In this document: one piece after another, positions 37,718 to 45,114 of the stretch
How the letters are laid out: the number at the start of each line of letters is the position of its first letter
Numbering within the stretch: position 1 is the first letter of the stretch
Assembly (NCBI GenBank): GCA_018819085.1
Contig: JAHJQT010000032.1
Span: 1 to 45,114 of the forward strand
DNA from: Patescibacteria group bacterium
GTDB lineage: Bacteria; Patescibacteriota; Minisyncoccia; Portnoybacterales; UBA2143
Reading direction: 5' to 3'
Length of the DNA: 45,114 nucleotides
Made by a program: the position numbers and the translations under genes
The notes under the pieces: generated by a model
Told to the model about the DNA's origin: nothing
What the model saw: only the letters and a program-made list of their open reading frames with translations
Database searches by the model: none

Positions 37718-38863
37718 ATGAAAAATAAAAAGTTTCAAAAACAAAATTTAAGAACATGGATTGAAATTAATCAATCAGCTTTAAAAAACAATTATAATAC
37801 ATTTAGAAGTTTAATTGACCCAAAATGCCTTTTAATGGCCATTGTTAAATCAAATGCTTATGGTCATAGTTTAATTGATTTTTCTCGCACTGTTGAAAAT
37901 CTTAAAGTTGATTGGCTTGGTGTTGATTCAATTGTAGAAGCTGAAAGCCTAAGAAAAGCTGGTCTTAAAAAACCTATCTTAGTTTTAGGATATACTCTAC
38001 AAAATAAAATCAAAGAAGCTATTAAAAAAAACATATCTTTAACAGTAGCTGACTTACCAACCCTTAAAAGTTTTAAAGAAATTAAAAATAATAAGAAATT
38101 AAAAATTCATATAAAAATCGATACTGGAATGAATCGTCAAGGATTTTTTATTTCAGAAATTCCTAATGTATTAAAAATTTTAAAATTACAGCCTAATATA
38201 ATATTAGAAGGTGTTTATACTCATTTTTCTTCAGCTAAAAATCCATCGTTTCCTTCAACAACTCTTCATCAAATTGAAGAATTCAAAAAAAATATCGATC
38301 TTTTTGAATTAGCTGGATTTAAAAAATTTTTAAAACATGCAGCAGCAACATCTGGCACGATTATTTTCCCACAAAGTCATTTTGATTTAGTTAGAATTGG
38401 AATCGGACTTTATGGTCTTTGGCCATCAAAAGAAATTAAAGAAGCATTTAAAAATAAAATAAAACTTAAACCAATTTTATCTTGGAAAACAATTATTTGC
38501 CAAATTAAAAAAATACCAAAAAAAAGTAAAATTGGATATGATTTAACAGAAACATTAAGTCATGCTTCAAGAGTCGCAATTTTACCAATTGGTTATTGGC
38601 ATGGTTTTCCAAGATCACTTTCAAATATTGGGAAAATTTTAATTCATGGTAATGAAGCAAAAGTACTTGGCCGAGTTTCAATGGATATGATTAGTGTTGA
38701 TATTACAGATATTAAGAATGTAAAAATTGGAGACGAAGCTATTATAATAGGAGAAAGTAATAAGTCAAAAATATCAATTGATGATATGGCCTATTTAAGC
38801 GACACTGTTAATTATGAAATCGTTACTCGCCTAAATCCATTAATAAAAAGAATAATTATTTAA
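37718..38863 (+). CDS. alr: Alanine racemase
   Basis: PLP-lysine motif AIVKSNAYGHS. C-terminal domain with the YxxRL-like region and overall colinearity. Confidence 0.8.
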   Translation: MKNKKFQKQNLRTWIEINQSALKNNYNTFRSLIDPKCLLMAIVKSNAYGHSLIDFSRTVENLKVDWLGVDSIVEAESLRKAGLKKPILVLGYTLQNKIKEAIKKNISLTVADLPTLKSFKEIKNNKKLKIHIKIDTGMNRQGFFISEIPNVLKILKLQPNIILEGVYTHFSSAKNPSFPSTTLHQIEEFKKNIDLFELAGFKKFLKHAAATSGTIIFPQSHFDLVRIGIGLYGLWPSKEIKEAFKNKIKLKPILSWKTIICQIKKIPKKSKIGYDLTETLSHASRVAILPIGYWHGFPRSLSNIGKILIHGNEAKVLGRVSMDMISVDITDIKNVKIGDEAIIIGESNKSKISIDDMAYLSDTVNYEIVTRLNPLIKRIII

Positions 38864-38961
38864 TAAATAAATCTTTAATAAATTATATAATAAATACTCG
38901 TTATTCGAGTATTTTTATTAACTTGCTTTTTAGCTTAAATTCTGTTATTTTATCTCTATAT

Positions 38962-39037
38962 GGGCCGATAGCTCATCTGGTAGAGCGCCGCACTTGCACT
39001 GCGGAGGCGGCAGGTTCGAGTCCTGTTCGGTCCACCA
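38962..39037 (+). tRNA. tRNA-Ala, anticodon UGC, encoded CCA
   Basis: Manual fold: acceptor gggccga/tcggtcc, anticodon stem ccgca/tgcgg, loop ctTGCac. Confidence 0.7.
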
Positions 39038-39042
39038 AAATT

Positions 39043-39732
39043 ATGAAAATTATATATGAAGATAAAGATATTATTGTAATTGATAAACCAGCTAATTTAA
39101 CGGTTCATCCTGTACATCCAGAACAAGATAATACTTTAGTTAATGAATTACTCACCTATTATCCAGAAATTAAAAATGTAGGAGAAGACGCTTTAAGGCC
39201 AGGCATTGTCCATCGTTTGGACAAAGACACATCTGGTTTAATAGTTATAGCTAAAAATAATAAATCTTTTGAATATTTTAAAAATTTATTTAAAGATAGA
39301 AAAATTGTTAAAAAATATCTAGCCTTAGTCCATGGAAAAGTTAAAGACAATAAAGGAATAATAACGAAATCAATCAGTTTATCAAAAAAAGACCATAAAA
39401 AAAGAAGTGCTTTATTAGATAATAATTCAAAACCAGCCTGGACAGAATATGAGGTTATAGAAAGATTTAAAGATTATACTTTATTAGAAGTTTATCCAAA
39501 AACAGGCAGAACGCATCAAATTAGAATTCATTTAAAATCGATTGGTCATCCAGTCGTTGGAGATAAACAATATAAGTTTAAAAGACAAGTTTGTCCTAAA
39601 GAATTAAAAAGACAATTTTTACACGCTCAATACTTGAAATTTAAAATGTCTAATGGTAGTATAATGGAATTCAAATCAAAACTTCCAAAAAATTTAAAAG
39701 ATACATTAAAAGAAATTCAAAACAATGAATAA
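39043..39732 (+). CDS. RluA-family pseudouridine synthase without an S4 domain
   Basis: Catalytic HRLDKDTSG motif. Trimmed from the ORF-track start at 38923, which runs through tRNA-Ala. Confidence 0.7.
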   Translation: MKIIYEDKDIIVIDKPANLTVHPVHPEQDNTLVNELLTYYPEIKNVGEDALRPGIVHRLDKDTSGLIVIAKNNKSFEYFKNLFKDRKIVKKYLALVHGKVKDNKGIITKSISLSKKDHKKRSALLDNNSKPAWTEYEVIERFKDYTLLEVYPKTGRTHQIRIHLKSIGHPVVGDKQYKFKRQVCPKELKRQFLHAQYLKFKMSNGSIMEFKSKLPKNLKDTLKEIQNNE

Positions 39733-40147
39733 ATTAGACGAATTTAATAAAAAACAATTAAAGAAAGATTTACCTGAAATTAAATCAGGAAATACTGTCT
39801 GTGTCCATCAAAAAATAAAAGAAGGCGACAAACAAAGAATTCAAATTTTTGAAGGATTAGTTATTGCTAAAAAACACGGCAAAGGGATTAACGCAACTAT
39901 CACAGTTAGAAAAATGAGCAAAGGAATTGGTGTAGAAAGAATCTTTCCTATTCATGCTCCATTTATTGAGAAAATAGAGGTAGTTAAAAAGCATAAAGTT
40001 AGACGTGCTAAGCTTTATTATATCCGCGATAAATCAGCTAAAAAAGCCCGACTTAAAGAAATCAAGGAACAACCAAACAAAATTTCTTCTAAAAAGAAAA
40101 CTGAAACTAAAGAAGTTAAAGAAGAAAAGCTAGCTGAAAAAAAATAA
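39725..40147 (+). CDS. rplS: 50S ribosomal protein L19 with a Lys-rich C-terminal tail
   Basis: Core [38 protein letters not shown]. Confidence 0.85.
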   Translation: MNKLDEFNKKQLKKDLPEIKSGNTVCVHQKIKEGDKQRIQIFEGLVIAKKHGKGINATITVRKMSKGIGVERIFPIHAPFIEKIEVVKKHKVRRAKLYYIRDKSAKKARLKEIKEQPNKISSKKKTETKEVKEEKLAEKK

Positions 40148-40231
40148 GCCCAGGTGGCGAAATTGGTAGACGCGCAAGCTTGAGGGGCTTGTGTCTTTCG
40201 AGATGTGCGGGTTCGACTCCCGCCCTGGGCA
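40148..40231 (+). tRNA. tRNA-Leu, anticodon GAG, long variable arm, no encoded CCA
   Basis: Manual fold: acceptor gcccagg/cctgggc, anticodon stem caagc/gcttg, loop ttGAGgg, T-loop ttcgact. Confidence 0.65.
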
Positions 40232-40271
40232 CAATTTGACATAATTGTTTATAAAATATAAGATTAGAGTA

Positions 40272-40598
40272 ATGCCTAAAAAAATCGATAAAAATCAACC
40301 AGTTACCTATTTAGAATTAGAAAAACTGTTAACTCAACAAACAGTAGTTATTTTAAGTGCGGTTGATGAAAAAATAGGAAGATTAGATGAAAGAATAATT
40401 AGATTGGAAATAAAGATTGATAAGAAAATAGAAAAGATGGAAGAAAGAATTAATAAAAAGATTGACCGTTTAACCACTACGCTAGATAAATTTCTAAAAC
40501 GAATGAGCGATATGGAAGATGAATTCAAAATCATGAAAATGGATATCAATCGCCTCAAAAAAATAATTAGTGAAAAATTAGGCGTAGAGATACTTTAA
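40272..40598 (+). CDS. Hypothetical coiled-coil protein
   Basis: ATG at 40272 (MPKKIDK) is preferred over the TTG at 40245. Heptad-rich sequence. Confidence 0.35.
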   Translation: MPKKIDKNQPVTYLELEKLLTQQTVVILSAVDEKIGRLDERIIRLEIKIDKKIEKMEERINKKIDRLTTTLDKFLKRMSDMEDEFKIMKMDINRLKKIISEKLGVEIL

Positions 40599-40622
40599 TT
40601 TATTTTTAAAAGATATATTTTT

Positions 40623-40650
40623 AAAAGGTATCCGATTGGATACCTTTTTT
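40623..40650. terminator. Bidirectional intrinsic terminator
   Basis: aaaaggtatcc-gatt-ggatacctttttt. Perfect 7-bp stem flanked by an A-run and a T-run, between convergent genes. Confidence 0.75.
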
Positions 40651-40656
40651 AGTTAC

Positions 40657-41955
40657 TCACAGTATCAACATTTCCCCGATTTTATAAACATCCCCTGCAC
40701 CCATAATAATAATTATATCTTTCTCTTTTGTATTCTTTTTTAAATATTTTACTATATCGTCAAAATTCTTAAAATAACGAACAGATGGATTAATTTTCTT
40801 TATTTTATTAACTAAATCTTTAGCATGAATACTTTTATCATTTTTTTCTCGAGCTGCATAGATATCAGTAATAATTATATCATTTGCTTGATTAAAACTT
40901 TTAGCGAAATTGTTTAATAAAAATTTTGTTCTTGAATAAAGATGCGGTTGAAAAACAATAAAAATTTTCTGTTTAGGAAATTTTTCTCTAGTTGCTTTAA
41001 TGGTTGTCTGCACCTCTGAAGGATGATGGGCATAATCATCATAAACTAAAGCATTTAATTTTGTTTTCCCTTTATACTCAAACCTACGCCATGTTCCAGC
41101 ATATTCTTTGAGCAATCTCTCAGCTTTTTGCTTTTTAATATTAACTGCTTTAGTAACAGACAAAACCGCTTGAGCATTACATAGATTATGACTACCAGGC
41201 ACTTTTAATTCTAATTTATTTTCTTTAGTATAATCAATTATCTTTGCTTTTACTTTAGATAATTTTAGAGCTTGTTTCGTATTTTGTTCATTAGGATTGC
41301 AAATGATTAAACCATTTTGCGGCACCTTACTAATTAATTTAGCAAAAACCTTTTGAATATTTTTAATATTTTTAAAATAATCTAGATGATCATTATCAAT
41401 ATTAGTAATAATCAAAATATCTGGAAAGAGATTAAGAAATGACCCCTTATACTCACAAGCTTCAACTATAAGATACTTGCTTGTGCCTGAAATAAAATTA
41501 TCTTTTTCTTTTCTTAAAAACCCACCAATTATAACTGTGGGATTCTTTTTGGCTGAAATCATTACTTCAGCCAACATAGCTGTAGTTGTAGTTTTACCGT
41601 GAGTCCCAGAAACAGCAATAGTATATTTATTTTTTGAAATTAAGCCAAGCGCTTCAGGATATGAGTAAACAGGAATATTTAATTTTCTTGCTTGAATTAA
41701 TTCTGGATTATTCTGTTTAATAGCAGGAGAATAAATAACTATATCTATATCTTCAGTAAGATTTGATTTTTTATGACCAATAAAAATTCTGGCACCTAGT
41801 TTTTTAATACGTTCCAATGCAGGTCCAGACGATATATCCGAACCAGTTACTTTTTTCTTATTTAAAAGCATCATCCGCGCTAGAGCTGAAACGCCAATTC
41901 CACCAATACCTATAAAATGAGCTTTTTTAATTTGTTTAAATAAATCCTGATTCAT
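40657..41955 (-). CDS. murC: UDP-N-acetylmuramate--L-alanine ligase
   Basis: N-terminus HFIGIGGIGVSALA. GTHGKTTTT P-loop. Confidence 0.85.
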   Translation of the reverse strand: MNQDLFKQIKKAHFIGIGGIGVSALARMMLLNKKKVTGSDISSGPALERIKKLGARIFIGHKKSNLTEDIDIVIYSPAIKQNNPELIQARKLNIPVYSYPEALGLISKNKYTIAVSGTHGKTTTTAMLAEVMISAKKNPTVIIGGFLRKEKDNFISGTSKYLIVEACEYKGSFLNLFPDILIITNIDNDHLDYFKNIKNIQKVFAKLISKVPQNGLIICNPNEQNTKQALKLSKVKAKIIDYTKENKLELKVPGSHNLCNAQAVLSVTKAVNIKKQKAERLLKEYAGTWRRFEYKGKTKLNALVYDDYAHHPSEVQTTIKATREKFPKQKIFIVFQPHLYSRTKFLLNNFAKSFNQANDIIITDIYAAREKNDKSIHAKDLVNKIKKINPSVRYFKNFDDIVKYLKKNTKEKDIIIIMGAGDVYKIGEMLIL

Positions 41956-43286
41956 TTTAACTCTTTAACTAATTTTACAAATTGATCTCCCCTATCATAT
42001 TCATTTTTAAAAACACCAAAACTTGCTGCACCTGGACACAAAAGAATAATATCATTTTTTTTTGCAAAATTACGTGCTTTAATAAATGCTTCTTTCATAT
42101 TATTAACAACGTCAACTGGTTCTGATAAATGTAAAAGAATTTTATTGGTAGCTGTTCCTTTAATTAAAATTACTTTTTTAACTTTCTTGTTTATAAATTC
42201 TACCACCTCCTTATAATCCAACTCCTTATCATTTCCACCAGCTATTAAAATAATATTCTTATCATCTAATGCTTTTAAAGCAGCCATAAGTGCATCTGGA
42301 GTTGTAGCATTTGTGTCATTATAATAAACAATACCTTTAAATTTCCTTATTAACTCAAGTCGTCCAGGTTCTCCATGATAATCCTCCACTCCTTTTTTAA
42401 TTTGAGACATATTTAATCCTAAGATTTCTAGAACTTTTACTGCTAAAGTAATATTTAATTTATTATGCTCGCCAATAAGATTAATTTTCCAATCTTTAGG
42501 AATATGTTTTTTTATTTGAATGACTTTACTTCTAATCTTATTTTTAAATCTTTTTTTAATCTCTTGCTCTGTTTGTTCGCTAATAATTAAATAATCATTT
42601 TTATTCTGATATTTAAAAATATTCGCCTTATCATTAAAATAACGTTGCGTATCTCCTTTATAATAATTCATATGATCGTGCATAAAATTAGTAAAAACAG
42701 AAATATGAGGACTTATTTTAAAATCTCCAAAACCCTGTAATTGCCATGAATCAAGCTCTAAAACAACACAATCGCCTTTTTTTGCTTTTTTAAGCAAAGG
42801 CAAAGTAGCCATTCCTTTAATATTACCACCTAAAAAAACATTCCTATTTTTTAAAGAATGTTTTAATGAATTATAAATAAGATTTGTAACTGTTGATTTT
42901 CCTCGAGTCCCCGTAATTCCAATAATTGTTGCTGGTGATAATTTAGCAAAAAGCGATGCGTCCATTTCTACTAGAATATTATTCTTTCGCGCTTCTTTAG
43001 TGTATATAGAATCAAAAGGAACGTTTGCAGCTTTAATGACAATATCACATTTTTTAAAATCAGCTAATCTATGTTTTCCTAAAACATATTTAATATTTTC
43101 AAATTTTTTTAACTTATTTAAAGATGATTCTAATTCTTTCTTATTTTTTAAATCAGTTACTAATAAATCAGCTCCACACTCTGCTAAAAATTTAACTACA
43201 CCTATGCCACGACCTAAAAGACCAAGCCCCATAACTGTAATTCTTTTATTCTTAAAATATTGTCTATAATCTATTCCTTCTTTCAT
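41952..43286 (-). CDS. murD: UDP-N-acetylmuramoylalanine--D-glutamate ligase
   Basis: N-terminal Rossmann motif VMGLGLLGRG. GITGTRGKST P-loop. 4-nt overlap with murC. Confidence 0.85.
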   Translation of the reverse strand: MKEGIDYRQYFKNKRITVMGLGLLGRGIGVVKFLAECGADLLVTDLKNKKELESSLNKLKKFENIKYVLGKHRLADFKKCDIVIKAANVPFDSIYTKEARKNNILVEMDASLFAKLSPATIIGITGTRGKSTVTNLIYNSLKHSLKNRNVFLGGNIKGMATLPLLKKAKKGDCVVLELDSWQLQGFGDFKISPHISVFTNFMHDHMNYYKGDTQRYFNDKANIFKYQNKNDYLIISEQTEQEIKKRFKNKIRSKVIQIKKHIPKDWKINLIGEHNKLNITLAVKVLEILGLNMSQIKKGVEDYHGEPGRLELIRKFKGIVYYNDTNATTPDALMAALKALDDKNIILIAGGNDKELDYKEVVEFINKKVKKVILIKGTATNKILLHLSEPVDVVNNMKEAFIKARNFAKKNDIILLCPGAASFGVFKNEYDRGDQFVKLVKELK

Positions 43287-43287
43287 A

Positions 43288-44487
43288 CTAAATCTTGATT
43301 ATTTTACTATTCTTTTTCTCTAAAAGATTAAAAACCATACTAGCTAAGGCAGCTAAAACAAAAACCCATTGAATGTCAAAAAAGAATGAAATAATAATAA
43401 TTAAGATAATCATTAAAACACGCCCAAAATTTAAAGCCATTTCATGTAAAACAGTAAATTCATCAACATAATGTTCTTGATCAGCTGCTATTTCATAAGT
43501 TAAAGCGTCAAAAGGAGTTCTTAAAAAAATACAAGTAATACTATGATACGCACCAACAACAAAAATTTGGAAAGCAGTTGAAATAAAGACTTTAATTAAC
43601 CATCCAAAGGAATATAGGAAACTTCCCCATTTTAAAATATTTTCTTTTTTAGCTTTTGAGTCTATGTATTTGCCTAAAAAAAGCTGTGCAATAACAGAAA
43701 TAGCAATAATTAAAGTAGAGATAGCACCGACTTTAAAATAATTACCATCTAAAAGCTGGTAAATAAAAATTGGCCAGACAGTTACTCCAATTATATTTTC
43801 AGATCCATCAGCTATATAAGCTAAGACAGTATTTCTTCTTTTCTTTGAAAAAAATTGTTTCCATGTTTCTTTGACTGTCCAGACAAACTTTTCTCTAGTT
43901 CTTGGAATTGTTAAATAAGGAATACCAGAAAGAAGATAAAGAATAATTGCGATAATAAAGAGAACATCAAAACTAAAATAACTTACAATAATTCCGGCTA
44001 TAAGTGGAATAAACACCCCTAAGGTAGAACGAGTTGCTTCAATAATACTAACTTGCCTGCCTCTTGTTTTTTTATTGGTAAATTTTGCAAAATTAACATG
44101 ATAAGGAAGCCAATAAAGCAAACGATAAAAAACAAGAATTAGAAGAGAGAAAGGAATCAAGTATTTTAAATTATTTTGATCTATGAAATAAAAAATTATA
44201 TAAAAAATTATTCCCAAAACAACACTAGCCCGTAAAGCATTCCTGAATCCAAATTTATTTAAAAATTTTATTCCGAAAGAAACAGTAATCCCATAAAAAA
44301 AAGCAGCGAGTCCATAATAAACCATTACTAATTGGAAATTTTTATCAAAAAGATTATATAAAAAGATAGGCAAAAATATGCCCAACATAGCAGAAGCAAT
44401 CATTACTATTGTTTTTCCTGTATATAAACGAACAAATCCCTTTGATAAGGATTTATTAAAATATTTTTTTTCTAAAAAATTAAGCAT
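43288..44487 (-). CDS. Polytopic membrane protein, probably an MFS-type transporter
   Basis: About 10-12 hydrophobic helices. No SEDS (FtsW) motifs, although it sits next to murD. Confidence 0.35.
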   Translation of the reverse strand: MLNFLEKKYFNKSLSKGFVRLYTGKTIVMIASAMLGIFLPIFLYNLFDKNFQLVMVYYGLAAFFYGITVSFGIKFLNKFGFRNALRASVVLGIIFYIIFYFIDQNNLKYLIPFSLLILVFYRLLYWLPYHVNFAKFTNKKTRGRQVSIIEATRSTLGVFIPLIAGIIVSYFSFDVLFIIAIILYLLSGIPYLTIPRTREKFVWTVKETWKQFFSKKRRNTVLAYIADGSENIIGVTVWPIFIYQLLDGNYFKVGAISTLIIAISVIAQLFLGKYIDSKAKKENILKWGSFLYSFGWLIKVFISTAFQIFVVGAYHSITCIFLRTPFDALTYEIAADQEHYVDEFTVLHEMALNFGRVLMIILIIIISFFFDIQWVFVLAALASMVFNLLEKKNSKIIKI

Positions 44488-44549
44488 TAAATTTATTATA
44501 GCAAAAACTGGAGTTTTTTGAAAATTTCTGATAAGATATTATTGTTATC

Positions 44550-44622
44550 GGGCGGTTAACTCAGTGGCCAGAGTATCTCGTTTACATCGAGAGAGTCAGA
44601 GGTTCAAATCCTCTACCGCCCA
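44550..44622 (+). tRNA. tRNA-Val, anticodon UAC, no encoded CCA
   Basis: Manual fold: acceptor gggcggt/accgccc, anticodon stem tctcg/cgaga, loop ttTACat, T-loop ttcaaat. Confidence 0.65.
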
Positions 44623-44698
44623 CATACTTTTTATCCAAAACTTGTTTTGGTAATAAAAATTATGCCCTGAGCGAAGTCGAAGGACCAAACACCGTATA

Positions 44699-44783
44699 TG
44701 GTGGGATGTGCCGAATTGGCAAGGCACTGGTTTCGAAAACCAGCGGGCTTTAAGCCCATGCGAGTTCGAATCTCGCTCCCACC
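44699..44783 (+). tRNA. tRNA-Ser, anticodon CGA, long variable arm, no encoded CCA
   Basis: Manual fold: acceptor ggtggga/tcccacc, anticodon stem ctggt/accag, loop ttCGAaa, variable stem gggct/agccc, T-loop ttcgaat. Confidence 0.6.
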
Positions 44784-45114
44784 GCAAGAAAAAATAAACG
44801 AGGTTCGCCCCGCCACCGCTCGCTAACGCTCGCCACCCCGCAAAAAAGTTTTCTTCGCATTTTTTATTTTGCGCGCGTCAGATTTTTTTTTCTAAATTGA
44901 AAACGGAAAAAGGAATCCGACACTTGCGACAATTCAAAAATTAACCGAAACTCTTGGAATTTCGGCTGATGAATTATTGAAATAAACTATTTAAGTTATA
45001 TATTATGAACAAAAAATTTATAATCAAAAATGTTGCCAACTTTAGAGATAATTATTTAGCAGATTATATAAATCAATATATAAAAAATGATAATTTTTAT
45101 AACCTTGGATGGGG

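Noticed and set aside
38923-39042. ORF-track extension of the RluA gene from 38923
   Set aside because: It translates straight through tRNA-Ala(UGC). ATG at 39043 is used.
44596-44816. Two minus-strand ORFs of 61-63 aa
   Set aside because: Both overlap tRNA-Ser(CGA) and the adjacent GC-rich segment. They are spurious translations of structured RNA.
1-45114. CRISPR arrays and rRNA genes
   Set aside because: There are no regularly spaced direct repeats of 25-40 nt. There are no rRNA-like conserved stretches anywhere in the window.

Overview
The window is AT-rich (about 30% GC), compact, and reads like a CPR/Patescibacteria-type genome. I can see no rRNA genes and no CRISPR array.

Core genes are interleaved with nine tRNAs. 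The core set is recG, a DksA/TraR zinc-finger protein, tsaD, a valS that is short at the C-terminus, a PrsW-like protease, Hsp20, a VanW protein, gyrA, an S1-domain protein, ftsH, alr, an RluA-type pseudouridine synthase, rplS, murC and murD.

The tRNAs are Arg-GCG, Glu-UUC, Leu-UAG, Ile-UAU(?), Val-GAC, Ala-UGC, Leu-GAG, Val-UAC and Ser-CGA.

An accessory block of about 12 kb (roughly 5.3-17.2 kb) stands out. It has three parts:
- A run of minus-strand genes at 5.3-9.3 kb encodes an alpha/beta hydrolase, a HEPN-like protein, a NYN nuclease, a DUF4268 protein and small unknowns. These sit behind two families of duplicated conserved 5' leader elements of about 60-75 nt.
- A three-gene operon at 9.5-13.3 kb ends in a 963-aa protein that fuses an N-terminal GHKL ATPase to a sigma-70 region 4 domain and a DnaA domain IV. 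I do not recognise this architecture.
- A small integrative-element-like module at 13.6-17.2 kb carries a possible replication-initiator-like protein and a large serine recombinase. The recombinase ORF reads into the 3' end of a tRNA-Glu.

Four other notable regions:
- An operator-like set of nested palindromes lies upstream of a consensus sigma-70 promoter driving an SPFH-like membrane operon.
- Three paralogous VirB2/TrbC-like pilin genes sit next to a gene for a lipoprotein solute-binding protein.
- A free-standing LAGLIDADG-like ORF sits next to a tRNA pair.
- A GC-rich palindromic in-frame segment lies inside tsaD.
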